DNA of 64,000 bases, from NCBI RefSeq assembly GCF_001194135.2, contig NC_068986.1, positions 45,900,943 through 45,964,942 of the forward strand, read 5' to 3'. Below, one piece after another: positions 12,343 through 25,996 of the stretch. The notes under the pieces are model-generated. The model made no database searches. It had not been told where the DNA came from and worked only from the letters and a program-made list of their open reading frames with translations. The first letter of the stretch is position 1; each line of letters begins with the position of its first letter. The DNA comes from Octopus bimaculoides (Eukaryota). The translations under genes and the position numbers were made by a program.

Positions 12343-14304
12343 CTGCAAAGATAAATTTGCCATTTTAAAATTACATAAAGAACAAAACTGATTTTTAATT
12401 ATATTGTTTCAAATAATAATGAATAAGAAGTTATAATAATATTAATTTGAAATTTTGGCACAAGGTCAGCAATTTTGGGGGAAGGAATAAGTTAATTACA
12501 TTGACCCCAGTGATCAATTGTAACATCTTATTGACCCTGAAAGGATGAAAGGCAAAGTTGACCATGTTAGAATTTGAACTCAGAATGTAAAGATAGACAA
12601 AATGCTGCTAAGCATTTTGCCTGGCATGCTAATGATTCCGCCAGCTCACTACCTAATAAAAAGTACTATATTAACATTTCCCATCCTTGGTGTGTGACTT
12701 AAGTTTAATGCTGTCATAATATCAAAGCCATTCAAATACAAATACTATATTTTCATGTATACAAATCAAATTATACAGATGAAAATTTACAGCCAAAAAG
12801 AAGTAGGCCAACTTATAAGCTATGATGACTTTGGAGGACTAAAAATTTCCATGTGAAATACAGCGGAAAGGTAGTGACAATGTTTGAATGTTTACACTAC
12901 ATGTTTACACTATATACTATATTGATTTGGGTGCCAGAAAATGCACTATACAAGCATCTAGAAAATCATTACACTTTACACCTTAGTAAAGTATGAATCT
13001 CAATTTGAAATGAGTAGAAGTCATACTATTTATTAAGTGAGTGTGTCTTAAAATTCCATTGCTTTCATGATTTTTTAAAAATTTCATTTATATATTTTTG
13101 CAGAGTACCAGCATGAGTGTGTGGTTAAGAAATCAGTTTCATGACCGTGTGGTTTTGAGTTTGATTCCACTGCATGGCACTTTGGGAAAGCAAATTCAAC
13201 CATAGTGTCAGCTTAAGCTTGTAGCAAGGGCCGTAAAGGCTAAAAGGAACAGGGCAGAGTGACGTTCCTTCATTCTGTTGTTGGTAGGTGGCGCTGCAAT
13301 GGCACTTCTGCTAGGGAGGTATAAAAACGCTAGAGGGACAACAAACTTTCTCTTTTTTTTTTGTCGGTCTCGCTCCTGGGCAGTTTGACTTGTCAACTGA
13401 TACAGCCAGCTAGGACTGCTAGCTTGCTTTGCCTTTGGTCATTATTGCTACTGCATTATGTAACAGACACATTTCTTACTCTCTACTCTTTCAGTGTCAA
13501 TCTACAACTTTTATTTATTCACATCCACTTTTGTATGAACACTGTTATAAAAACTTGTTTAACTTTGATTTGATATTGTTTATCACACCAGTACATGCAC
13601 CTTAACACAAACAAGAACACCAGATTCATGTTTACTCTTCACTAAAAGCTTTTGAGTCAAATTTAGTTGACAGAAACTATGTGAACACCTAGTGTGTGTG
13701 TTTGTGCATGTTTATATTTGTGTGGGGTAGATAGATGGTAGAGAGATTACTGAGTGTATTTACATCTTTGAGAGTGAGAACCATTACGTTTGAGCAGAAA
13801 TCCCTTGCAGGATTTATCTCCCTTCATGCCAGTATTTACTTTGCCTTTCGTATCTGATGTGAATGTCAAAATAACTGCCTTACAAAGTACTGGATTAAAA
13901 AACAAATAGGCAACTAAAACTCTTGAAGGCAATGCCCCAACATAACCCTAGTCTAATGATGAAAAAGAATAACAGAATAAAAATAAGATGAGATATAGGT
14001 GCTCAATTATATTCTGAGTTCAAGAGTTCAACTCCCCTAGAATTAATTTTGTCTTTGTTGATTAAATCAGGGCAGTCTTCATGAACAACGGAGGAGCATC
14101 TATGTGGCTGTTTCATCGGCTAGAAATAACAGCCATAATCTACTGCAAATTACACCCTTCTGTCTTGAAATTAAAGAGACATGCAATGCTTGAATGCTGC
14201 TAATCATAGATTTTTGTCTATTTAGGGTTGAACTAGGGCTAAACAACAGCAAATATAACTCTATACTTAACTGAGAAATCATTACGAAAGACCAACGTAA
14301 GGGG

Positions 14305-14500
14305 GGTGAGCTGGCAGAATTGTTAGCATGCTGGACAAAATGCTTAGTGGCATTTTTTTCTGGCTTTTTATGCTCTGTGTTCAAATTCCATCGAGGTCAC
14401 CTTTGCTTTTTATCCTTTTGTGAGTCAATAAAATAAGTATCAGTCAAGTACTCGGGTTGATGTAATTGATTTAGCTGTCCCTTGTGTCAAAATTAGAAAG
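14305..14500 (+). mobile_element. Abundant tRNA-like SINE family A (representative copy)
   Basis: ggtgagctggcagaattgttagc...ttcaaattcc...gaggtc..ctttgc; related copies at ~4810-4955, 12460-12650(-), 15650-15855, 26240-26360(-), 38280-38400(-). Confidence 0.7.
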
Positions 14501-15921
14501 AATTATTACAGATTTAATGTTTCAGGTTTTTTTAGTCTTTATTGTCTATAATAACGTAATTCCATTGTCTATAATAATGTAATTCCATCCACTTCTTGAC
14601 TGGTATTTTGTTTTATCAACTATAGATGGATCTATCCATCAATCCATCCTCTCCTTTACATACTATTCCTGGGAGAGTCACAGGCAGAATCCTCAGGCAT
14701 AGCAATTGTTATTACACTTTCCAACTAGATTCCTAAGCATGACCAACTGAGATTATAAAGATAAAGGTAACATTTCTTTCTTGAGTCATACTGACTCATA
14801 AGGGTCAGTTTCATGGTTTCCATGGTGTATATATTCCCCACCTGGATGGACACCAGTCCATCTCAGGGTTACTCATTTTTGCCAGCTGAGTGGACTGGAG
14901 CAACATGAAAAATGAAGTGCTTTGCTCAAAAACATAATGTGTTGCCTGGTCCAGGGATTGAAACCACAGGCTTACAGTCATGAGTCCAACACTCTAACCA
15001 CTTGCCTCCACTCAACTGAGATTATGAATATTATCCAACTATCTTGCTCAAGGCCTACCCCTACAGATCTTGTCAGTTGGCTCAGTTTGAAGAATCTGTC
15101 TTGTGATTATTTCCTGTGACATTCTAATCACATGTCTGAAATACCAGAACTGTGACCTCTCAATGTGGAGAAGTAGTAGTTTGACCTAGAAAGACACCCT
15201 GATCCCCAAGCTATGCAATCTGTTGAGTAATGTTAACCCACTGATCCTTTGGAGGAACTCAATTTTGGCTGCTTGAATTCACGGTTATACTGTTTCGGCC
15301 ATTACCCAACATTCACAATGATAGGTGAGGATAGGCATGAAACCCAAATTGAAGATGGATGGATGAAAGTCAAAGCTGATGTTAGCAAAATTTGAACTCA
15401 GAATGTAAAGAACCACAAATATCACAGGCAGTTTGTCTAATGCCCAAACAAGACTGCCAATTTATTCCATCAGTAAAATTGTATTCTCAATTGAAACTGG
15501 TTTGTTGTTATTTCAATTATCTTGTAGAACCCCACCCCACAAAAAAATAATTAATGACAAAATATAAAATAAAAAATGGTATATTATAATTCTTAGTTCC
15601 CTTCTGTTATAATTGTCAAGCTTCTTGTTATTAATAACACATTATTAAGGTAGTGAGCTGGCAGAATTGTTACCGCATCAGACAAATTGCTTAATTACTT
15701 CTTCAAGCTCATTACATTCTGAGTTCAAATTCCATTAAGGTTGACTTTGCCTTCATCATTTTGGGATAAGTAAAAAAAGGCATCAGTTGAGTACTGAAGT
15801 CAATATAATTCATTAACCCTTTCCTTCCCTGAAACTGGACCAAAATTAGAAATAATTAATAAAGCATTATTTGAGGAGGAATAAATAAATCCATGGGAGG
15901 TGACAGGAAAAAATTACTTAC

Positions 15922-16065
15922 CAACGACTTCTGGTGGCCTTTCTGTAGCCTTAGTTAAAATGATTTTTGTTACTTCGTTACTAACATGGTTGATGTGCCT
16001 GGTTGTCTTTCTTGATCTTGTTGTGGGAGTAGGAGAGGTTACCATTCTTGATTCTGTTGAGACTA
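15922..16065 (-). CDS. AGRN: Agrin exon: Ser/Thr-rich (mucin-like) linker (VSTESRMVTSPTPTTRSRKTTRHINHVSNEVTKIILTKATERPPEVV)
   Basis: ctttctacttag acceptor (tandem TAGTAG), gtaagt donor; 144 nt, phase 1->1; position matches the S/T region after the last FS domain. Confidence 0.8.
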
Positions 16066-17676
16066 CTAAGTAGAAAGAGTATTCTGCATAAGACCACGTT
16101 TTCCCTCTTCCTCCTTACCCAAGTTGTCATTTTCCTCCTCCCATTACTGCTAATAAGTCTTTTAGGGAAAGTTACTCCATTATAGATGAGCATAATATTG
16201 AAGATAAAATTTCTCAATATCATGAAGCTAGGGCCAATGCAAGGAAATGCAGATCCCAATTAGAGAATTGTCATTGGAACCCTCTACACTACAACAGCCA
16301 AAGATTGATGTTTGACACTTCATGCAGTATGCTGATCCCAGTCAAAAAACATTGAGGGCTTGAGGTTTCATCATTAGTCACAATAATATACTAAAAATTC
16401 ATGATAGTGTCCTCTACTCAAGTGTGTGTACAGGGCCCAGTTTGAACAAATCTGTCTAATTGGCTTAAAACCAGCCCTGCATAAAACCATAGGTTAATGA
16501 GAAATAGGGAAGTGATGTGAAGTGTAGTGTGGGATGAGAAAGGGGTGCTCAATGACAGAACTGCATTGTTTAACATTGTTTGACAATGCATTTGCAACAA
16601 GAAACCATTGCAGTACTCTACAATACAGAAACTGCAACAAAATAGATGGTAAAACAATAGTTGATGGTACAATAATTCTACATAGAATTTCTCAAAAAAA
16701 ATAGTGTATTTATGGAGGTCTTCCTAATACCAAAATATAAGCCAAAGTATATACACAAATACATCATAAAAAAAATTAACTCTGAAAACTACTGGTCCTA
16801 ATTGTTGAATATTTTTAAAATCTAGTACTGAAAAGAAAAAAGAAACACATGGAAAGTACCAATATTCCTGTTCTTCTTTGTGATTCAAATCAAAGTATGT
16901 GAAAACATACTATTTCCTAATCATTGTAATTTGAAGTTGAGGCTGAGATAGCTTGAAATATTCATAGATATTGATTTAGAAACACTAATGTTTCAAACTG
17001 AACATAAAAGACTAGTAAAGAAAAATTCTTAATAAAACAGATGAAATGCTAATATAGTTGTGTCTTTTGCACAAGTTTGAAAGAGCAATGCAGTTCCAAT
17101 CTACACACATGCACATGTACACACACACACACACACACACACACACTTATACATACACTCAAATGTAGATAAATAAATACATATAAAAAGTGCATCTAAA
17201 AAATATATGAATATATTTGCTTTTAGTGATACAAAATAGAAACAAACTTAATAGTATTACAATAAGTTGTGGTTAAATTAGAAGTTTAGATAAAAAAAAT
17301 TAAGGTTCCACTTTCTTCCCCTTATTTTTCATAATCTTTCTCTCCTTTTCACTATTCCCAATGTATCTATTTGGCACCAATAGAAAACATCACTCTCAGT
17401 TGTAATATTCTGCTTGAAGCATTAGACTTTTCTTCTTCTTCTTCAGAGTAGGTCAATTTATGCCATTTTCAAACTGTTTATGCCTGCAACAGAGTCTACC
17501 AGAGGAAGGACTAACTGTGAAGATGAGTATAAAGATTGTTAAGGAAAAATTAAAAACATGAATGCTGAGAAAGCTACGGGTTGCCAAAGAAATAGTTGTA
17601 ATTCTGAAAGCACCAGGTTGTGTTATCGCACACTTGTCTAATCCATGCAATTTAAAAAAAAAAAAGATGTATGAAT

Positions 17677-17845
17677 AGGTGCAAGCATGGGTGTGTGGTA
17701 AGAAGCTTGTTTCCCAACTTCCAACTACATGGTTCCAGGTTCAGTCCCACTGCATGACACCATGGGCGAGTGTCTTCTACTATAGTCTCGGGCTGACCAA
17801 AGCCTTGAGAGTGGATTTAGTACACGGAAACTGAAAGAAGCCAGT

Positions 17846-17889
<44 letters not shown>

Positions 17890-18110
17890 TGTGTATCTTC
17901 ATGTCTGTGTTTGTCCCCATCACCGCTTGACAGCTGGTGTTTGTGTGTTTATGTCCAGTAACTTAGCAATTTGGCAAAAGAGAATGATAGAATAATTACA
18001 AGGCTTTAAAAAATAAGTCCTGGGGTCGATTTGCTTCACTAAAACCCTTCAAGACATTGCTCCAGCAGGGTTGCAGCCAAATGACATAAGCAAGTAAAAG
18101 AATAAAATTA
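17677..18110 (+). mobile_element. Abundant SINE family B with internal (GT)n (representative copy)
   Basis: gcatgggtgtgtggtaagaagctt...ggttcagtcccactg...gaaactgaaagaagcc(gt)n...; related copies at ~13108, 36350, 47325, 47935, 50330-50720(-), 51600, 56295, 59800(-). Confidence 0.7.
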
Positions 18111-18583
18111 TAAAAGAATACCAGTATGAGAAAATGATGAGGAAGATGATGATGTCTTTATTCAAGGCTTGTACCATTATGTCACCCAATTCAGAATACT
18201 CTGAATATGAGCAAATATTTTTACCAATACTCTAGTATGGACTTCTGTTATACAACTCATCTGTGAACATAGTTGGTATACGTGATTAATAACTGAAGCA
18301 GTTACATTTATACATTCCTATAGGAAGGTTGACACATGAACATCAAAGATATCAATAGTGTTGTTATTGATGATAATTGTGGTAAACTTGATAACGTTGA
18401 GAATGGTAATATACAAATTATATGACTAAATTAGATAAACAATGATAAAATTATATCTAAATTCTCTTCGCTTTAATTTTCAGGAACTAATTTCATTTCC
18501 CAATGATTAGCTTTGTCGTGGTTATTTCCCCTCAAACTTAATGATTTTGCAAAGAATGATTTAGAATTAAAATCTGTACTTAC

Positions 18584-18805
18584 AACTACAAATTCCTTTG
18601 TGTTCAATACTGATAGGCTGTTGTAGACGACAAGAGAATTGTTTGAGTTGACATTCAGAACCATAAGTTTGGTTATCAGAACCACAAACAAGGTCTGGGT
18701 AACCAGAACAGTTGATGTTACATACACATTGGTGTTGGTTATCGATACGTTTGCATACTGCACCGTATTTACAGTGCAGATATTGGCAAGACTTTGGTGG
18801 TATTT
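18584..18805 (-). CDS. AGRN: Agrin exon: last follistatin/Kazal domain
   Basis: catgttacag acceptor, gtaagt donor; 222 nt, phase 1->1; IPPKSCQYLHCKYGAVC...VCGSDNQTYGSECQLKQFSCRLQQPISIEHKGICS (ORF 18567..18836). Confidence 0.95.
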
Positions 18806-19851
18806 CTGTAACATGATATATAATATTTAAATGCACAAAACAGACACAGAATACTCTACCTAAAAGATGTTAATGAAATAATTCATCATTATAGTCTAAG
18901 TTTAGTGAGTTTAATAAAGGTAATATAGCTAGATTAGTGATTTCTCTTTGTGGTCAGTAAAAAAAGATTATGATTACTTTTCAGCTAACCCAGTTCACAT
19001 AAGTTATGATAGGTGATCTCTGAAAACTGTCCTCAAAAATGTAATTCTCTCACAAAATAGCAATATTGCAGTAATCTGATATTAAACAATAATTATGTTA
19101 TTTTTCTTCAGTGTAATTGACATTGTAAGAACTGAAACAACTAAATTAATTACTTTATATTACAAGGAAAAACACCTTGATTTGTTTTCATGATTTAAAC
19201 TTAAAAGCAAGTGCAAATTTGAATTTGCTGATTTAAACCAGTAAAGCCTTATGAGATATGTTATCTCATATTTGAATAACAAATAAGAGTGGATAATAAT
19301 ACAATTATGAGTAGAAAAGAGTTGGTTGAACCTTGCTGCATTTTTGATAACCATGCATATTCTATATTACCAGGTTGGTTAAAATAATATTTGACACAAA
19401 TAACAGTAAGAACAAATTTGCAAGTACTAATTTCCGTAATAACCATTTTAGTAAAATGTCTGTCAAAATATTATTATCTAAAATCAAATGTAAAAGAAAT
19501 CTCTTAACAACTGAAGAAAAGCTGGAAAAAAGATATACATAGGAGAAAATCACAATTCCTTCCCCATACAATTTCAAAATGCGAAAGGTTTCTAAAAAGA
19601 AAGACATAGCTCTATACATGATTCCCAATGAACTTCATGATAAATAAGCAAAAAAAAAATATATATATATATATATATAAAAAACAATATGAGCATTCTA
19701 TGCATCTGCTCCCTTATTCCTTAATTTTAAATTCAAACTTCTAATCCTGCCAAATACTATGATGAAATGATTATCTCCCTTATATTAACTGTCTGTTAGG
19801 GGACAGCATGAGTAAGAAAATTATTTTCTCATTAAAGTTTATTTCATTTAC

Positions 19852-19992
19852 CAGTGCATCCTTGTGGACCAAGTTGCATCCTGTTTGGACAGACGTTGCA
19901 TTTCATGCCAGTGATTCCATTTTTGCACATACAACGTCCACTGTTCTGTTCACAGTCGTCTCTAACTGAGCCATATCTATTACAGTTGCATG
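19852..19992 (-). CDS. AGRN: Agrin exon: laminin-type EGF domain 2
   Basis: ttctttcag acceptor, gtaaat donor; 141 nt, phase 1->1; CNCNRYGSVRDDCEQNSGRCMCKNGITGMKCNVCPNRMQLGPQGCT. Confidence 0.95.
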
Positions 19993-21400
19993 CTGAAAGA
20001 AAATAATATAAAAGTTGTGCAAAATATTTTAAATATTGATATGTAAATATAGAATATTAATATTATTACACAGTTTTAATTTACCAAAGAAACTGATCAT
20101 TCTATAAAAAGATAAATAATAAAAATATTAGTAATTTAATTGAATTTAATTCAAATAAATTTTAAGAATTGAAGCACAATGCATAATTTATGGTTGGCTT
20201 ATATATATGTGAGGTATCACTGATCATGTAAATTTCTTGGAATTGATAATGCTTCCATTCTGAGATCACAGAATATAAAGTAAAAACATTATTGACATCC
20301 AAGCTGAAGTTTCACTGCATCAATATATATGATCCTCATCATTTAATGTCGATAGTCCATACTGGCATGTGTAATGCAGTTTGACAGTAACTAACAGGGC
20401 AGAGGACTATACTGAACTCTGATGTCTGTTTTGGCATGGCTTTTATGACTGGATGCTCCTCCTAATCCCAACCACTATTCAGAGTGTACTGGGTGCTTTA
20501 TATTGGCACTGACAAATGAAATAAGGTTTCTGTTGCCTCAATATTTGTTTTCCAAGATTAACTGGAATAGATTCAGAGCATTAGTAAAATCGCATCATTA
20601 ATACTGGTCACTGAGAGTTTATTATTTCTTGCTTTATTCAGCAACATTGTTTATGTTTGCTATTGATTCTTACTGAGAGCTTTTTTTCTTTCAGTTTAGT
20701 CATGGGAAAAGATCTGTGCTCAAAACATCAAAACATTGGTAAGAGTGATGTGGTTAAGGATTCTCTTGAATAATTGTGAATTAACAACTGCAGGAAAGAG
20801 ATGTCAGAGGTAGCAGCAGATACATTATGTATGACACAAGGAGAGATGTGTGAGTTGGGAAAGTCTGGGGTTAGATGGCATGAGACCAGGCATTTCAAGA
20901 GTAGAAGCTACTTTCATTGCAGTAGAAAAACAGAGTGAGGAGACTACACATCTGTAGGCCAGAAGCTGGAGTGTGTTGGTGAACAACTTTACACCATCAA
21001 CAATGTTCAGTTGCTTCTGAAATCTGAGCAGCATTCTGTATTAGCTTTCTCTTATCAAAGGTGCTGTACATGCTGTATTGTTCAGAAACTTAGGAAGATG
21101 TGTTTCCCTTTATTTCTATTGTTTGTTTATAATTGAGTTCAATTCCTGATTTAGCAGTAGTTTTGGATATCATTATTGCTCTCAGATAATGTGGACCATT
21201 GGGAAGTTGTTCCCTAAGTAAATGCATTTTGATTACTAATCAGTTTAAGCCTAACTTAAAATAGTAAATTATATTGTGACCTGAATAATTATAGTGTTTT
21301 TCTTAATTCTATATTTGCCAAAGTTAACAGAAATTGTCATTAATTTATAACAAATAATCTGATTTATAAAATAAACAATAAGGAAGAAATAGTAACTTAC

Positions 21401-21562
21401 GTATACAACCTGCACTGCCTTTAACTATAGAGAGAAGTCCCCAGTTTCCAGGTTTACACCGGTCACATCTGAGACCCCCAACGCCTGGTTTACAAACGCA
21501 CTGTCGTGTATGGGGATCACAGCTTGTGCCGTATGACCCTAGAGGGTTACATTGACATGAGC
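21401..21562 (-). CDS. AGRN: Agrin exon: laminin-type EGF domain 1
   Basis: ttttgtcttag acceptor, gtaagt donor; 162 nt, phase 1->1; [53 protein letters not shown]. Confidence 0.95.
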
Positions 21563-21864
21563 CTAAGACAAAAAGAAAAACAATGATGATTAGTTATGAA
21601 GAAAAGATATTGCAATTTACCTGAAAGCTCTATTAGTTGAATGCTAATAATTTGCCTCATTAGCAAGAGATCCTTTATTAATTCTTTGAGAATCAATTAT
21701 GACACAGTTAGTCTAAAGTGTTCTTTGGGTCAGGGAGGTAGGGGTGGGTGGCCTTAAAATTGAGGCTAAAATCTAAGTAGACAATTTAACCATAAATTCA
21801 AGGGAGTGTCATGAGGTAAAATGTATTTGGGTTCATATGATTTTTAGAACTTCATTTTCTAGAG

Positions 21865-23660
21865 CAAGGGTCAGCAAACTTATGATATCATTGACCCCTT
21901 CATAGAATCACTAATAACTTATTGACCCCCATCTTATAAATTTCCAAAATAAAATTAGAAATTAATGAAATTTCTTGATTTAAAAACAATAATTCTGTTA
22001 TTCTTTTGTGCCTTTACCATTTTTTATGTAAGAAACATTTATAGAAATCTTATGAAAATACTGAATAAGACTGATAAAGAACATCAAAAATTCAGTCATA
22101 CTATATTAATAGTCAGAAAGTTTTTAGCAAAATATGTGTTGGGTGAACACTAGATATTGCATCAATATTTGGTGTGAAATACTTGAGCCTTAAATGACTG
22201 CACTTTTCCAGATTCATTCTGTTTCTCCCTTTCATTGAAAGTGAATATGCATGGCAAAAACCCACTTCAATTACGAATGAGCTTGAAAATGTAAATTTAA
22301 AGGGATCAGCTACTGCACTTAGCTTAGGATATCTATTTTCAGTATTCTTGTTGCACTAATAATCATTTAGACTTTTGTCTTTAAATAAGGATTTAGATTC
22401 AAAATCCATACACATATCAATGAGCTCATCTTGTAACTGATTTAATGCCTGCATTTTTATTTCCAAATCAAACAATTTTTCTTGGTGATTTATGTATATT
22501 TCTAGGTTACTATTTGAAATTTTCCTTTTGTAAGCATTTCTGTACTTTTTAAACTTTGAATATAAAATCTGCCAAGTAGGAAAAAACGATCTCTACACAT
22601 TTTAAATTCATCATATAGAGAATAACTACATCCATAAGAAACTCAATAATGGTGTAATGCAAGCTGAGAGGTCCCTGCAAGAAATCACCTCTTAACAATC
22701 ATCTTTCTTTGATGTGAAAAAGAAAAAGCTGGTTGAAGGTCTCAACATTTTTTCACCTAACATTGCAAATAATTGTGATTCCAGAGGATGCGCTTTTATT
22801 TTATTCCCTGACCTGATACACATATTTAGAGCAGTTTGTATTTCTCCTCTTACATTCTTAGCTATGCGATGATTTCTGAAATACACAGTGGATAGTATGC
22901 ACATCAGAAACCTCTTTTTTGAGGAAGAATGCAAATCGTTTGTCATGACTAACCATTACTGCTGCACTATCTGTAACCAGTGTACTGATATTCTCAAGAG
23001 GAACATAACTTATTCAAATAATCCTCTAGGCATCACAAAACTGTCTTTCCTGTTGCACCAGCTTTAAGATAATAAGCAATCAAAAATTCATCAACAATGT
23101 ACTTTAAGATTTGGCTGTTATACTGCATATAGGCCACAAGAATATTTGAATTACTGAATGTTGACTCATCAAGTCTGCTAGAAAACTTGCATTGTCCAAA
23201 CTTTGGGGTCAGAGCTTCATCAATGTGTTGACTCACTGTTCTTGGACATTTTGAAATAAGCAGATAGCCTTTCTTAATAAGAATTTCAAATATGTCTCTA
23301 ATAGCTGGTATAATAGTATCCTTGTTAATGGCTTGCAATTTTCCTTTCTTTGCTATATTAAGAAAGATGGTACATGATGCCTTCAAATCTCTTTCATAAC
23401 CTTCACAGATGAGTGTTTTAAAATATGTTAAATTTGACCATTTCATAATCTTTTCCTTCAGTGCCTGAAAAAATCAGATATTTATTTTTAAAAAAATCTG
23501 ATTGAACTCTTTCAAGATGCTCTTTCATTCTGTAGGCATCATGGTATCATAATTGTAGGTCTTTTTTTTTTTACATAACAGTATTATTTTATTGGTAAAT
23601 GATAGTATAAATCCAAATTTTAAATACTCTTATAAATACTGTTGGTACATATTATTATCT
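21865..23660 (-). mobile_element. hAT (Charlie/Buster-like) transposon relic with disrupted transposase
   Basis: TIR CAAGGGTCAGCAAACTT at 21865 preceded by TTCTAGAG. Minus-strand remnants EYLKFGFI, RMKEHLER, IAKKGK, FSSRLDESTF (first catalytic D), NKIKAHPLESQLF and a C-terminal dimerisation-like region (ORFs 23033..23446, 22692..22946). Other TIR not found. Confidence 0.85.
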
Positions 23661-25696
23661 GAAGTTGCAATTATGGGAGCTAAATGTTAAAAAAATTCAT
23701 TTCAAAATTGTCAGACAAATGAAACTGCTCTACTGTAAATGGGCAAGAAATGTACATTCGTATTGAGCATCTCTATTACATCTTCATGAAAGTGTGCACT
23801 CACTCTCTAATCAATATGTTGATGTTTCATGTTTACTAGAGGTATTCCAACAATGTAACATCTGCTAAAGCAATTTGAATTTCCATCTTTTGTGGACCTT
23901 TCTAAATCAAATGTTATACATGTTAAAAAAACAGTTTGCTACTAATTCAGTCCCCTTAATGCTCAAAATCATTTCACCTGTTTACTGACCTTCAGATAGT
24001 TACATAAACCCCAACTAGGGTTCAATATTGACCACACCCTTGATCTGGAACAACCTATTTGCAGATAAGTGGGCTGCATTACTGAGGGATAAAGAACTTT
24101 GCTAATGAGGCAGCATAATACTGATCAAATATGACTCGTGGGTATTTTTGTCTAGGAGGCCAACAATAACTGATTTACTTTCAGCTCTCACTAGTGTTAA
24201 AAGTATCCAATAAATAGAAAGGGATGAGTAATGGAAAAGTATGATATTATTATTGAAGAGCCTAGTGAACAGTGCATTATTTGTTGAATAGTGCTCTTGT
24301 AAATTTGAAGAAAGCAGCTCCATTGTCAAGTAGGATTTAGCATAAGAGCCTCAACATAGTTGCTGAACTCCATGAAACAGAAGTTCATTTTTCCTCTGAT
24401 GAAAGCATACAGATAGTAGTAGCAGTGATAGTAGTGTAAGAGTTGATAAAAACTGTTTTAATTTCATGACATAAATATATCTGTTGCAAAGAATTTATTG
24501 ACAAGTGTATGAGAAAATAAATTTATGATAAAAATATTTCTGTCACCCATGAAGAAATTTCATTGCTTTAAAACTGGTGCCATAGGAATGCAATCTTCAA
24601 TTACATCGTACTCTCATCATTTTACCTTGAAGTTGGTAAAGTTTCTCTTGAAAAGAAATGAGGAAACCCAGCTCCCAGCTGCAAGTTAGACAGTAAGAGA
24701 GTTTGCAGATTATGTGAGGTATAATGCACCCTTTCATGTTTGGATAGTTATTATGAATGAGTTATGACATAGTAAGATTACAGCCCAGTTAATGGTAATA
24801 GTTGATGTCCTTTAAGTATTGTGGAGCTTTGTGAAATATACTTGTCTTTGTTTTTGTTGCTCATTTATAAAGGCTACTCAGTACAGAGCAATTCTAAAAT
24901 GACCAAGTTAGAGAATGAACAGAGGAAACCATCCTCAGATTGGAGACTCGTCTCAAATGCTTGCAACAGAGTGGACTTCACTAAAGGGTCAGATTATGAT
25001 ATCAAACAAGCCTGTAATAATATTACTAGCCAAGGACTGGGAATACTAAAGAGTTGTGCAGTAAAATGATGTGAGGTGAACTGCCTTGAATAGCAACTGG
25101 AATAATTTTAAAAGGCATGGACTATAATATGATGCTAATGTAAAGGCTAAATTTGAAGTTAATAAAAAGATTATCAGTGATTGTAGAGTCACTTGGTTGG
25201 TTAAGGATTTGGGTTAATGATAAAACTTACTGAATTTTATATTTCAAGATAGTAAATTGACCAAACACTGTGCAGGAAGACAGAGTCAAATTAATTGAGT
25301 GAAGTAGAGTTTTTGTCATAAACTTTAAAGAGAAGTGAGGTGAGATAAATGTCCTTGTAAGAGGACTTTGGTGATAGAAAGAAGTTGCAGATAAATTTGT
25401 GAAATGAGGGGAAGAGATTCGTAGCTAAAATAACTGAATGACAGCTGAAAGTAATAGAATAAAATTAAATGATTTTCACCAGAATTCTACAGAATTATAA
25501 GGAAAGTTTTATAAATGAATCTGATCAAAACATTGTATTTATGTTTTAAAAGGGAATTACAAACAGGTTAGTAAATACCTAACTGCAATTAAGCAATTAT
25601 TCTGAGTATATAAATATATTTATTAGAGAATGTGTTTCAATATACCAATGGGTTAAAGAGAATGAGCAAGTGTATAATTATATAAAAAGTGTGCTC

Positions 25697-25698
<2 letters not shown>

Positions 25699-25734
<36 letters not shown>

Positions 25735-25741
25735 GGGAGAG

Positions 25742-25774
<33 letters not shown>

Positions 25775-25819
25775 GAGACAAAGAGAGAGAGAGAGACAGA
25801 GAGACAGAGAGAGAGAGAT
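25699..25819. repeat. (GA)n/(GACA)n microsatellite 85 bp downstream of the FGCC exon donor
   Basis: Direct reading. Confidence 0.95.
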
Positions 25820-25903
25820 GTGAAGCTATGAGTAAACAAAAGCATAAATAGAGAAACAAAAGAAATATAGCAACATAGCAGTGATTCATGGAGAATGACT
25901 TAC

Positions 25904-25996
25904 TTGGGCAGCCTGCAAAATTAGGTGCCTTTGCAAGAGTTACATTGTCTTCACAGCAACCAAAAGTATGATATTTACAGCCAGTAAACACAATTT
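25904..25996 (-). CDS. AGRN: Agrin exon: papilin/agrin-type Cys module (IVFTGCKYHTFGCCEDNVTLAKAPNFAGCP)
   Basis: ctctctcag acceptor, gtaagt donor; 93 nt, phase 1->1; equivalent to the YGCC.DN.T.A.G..AGCP segment preceding LE1 in vertebrate agrin. Confidence 0.92.

Noticed and set aside
13747-13932. Exon candidate DTKGKVNTGMKGDKSC...
   Set aside because: No convincing donor before the stop; not recognisably agrin; repeat-rich context
17500-17650. Minus-strand ORF 17453..17650 as an exon
   Set aside because: No agrin similarity; the + strand reads as a tiny decayed RT scrap (IKNMNAEKATG..EIVVILKA)
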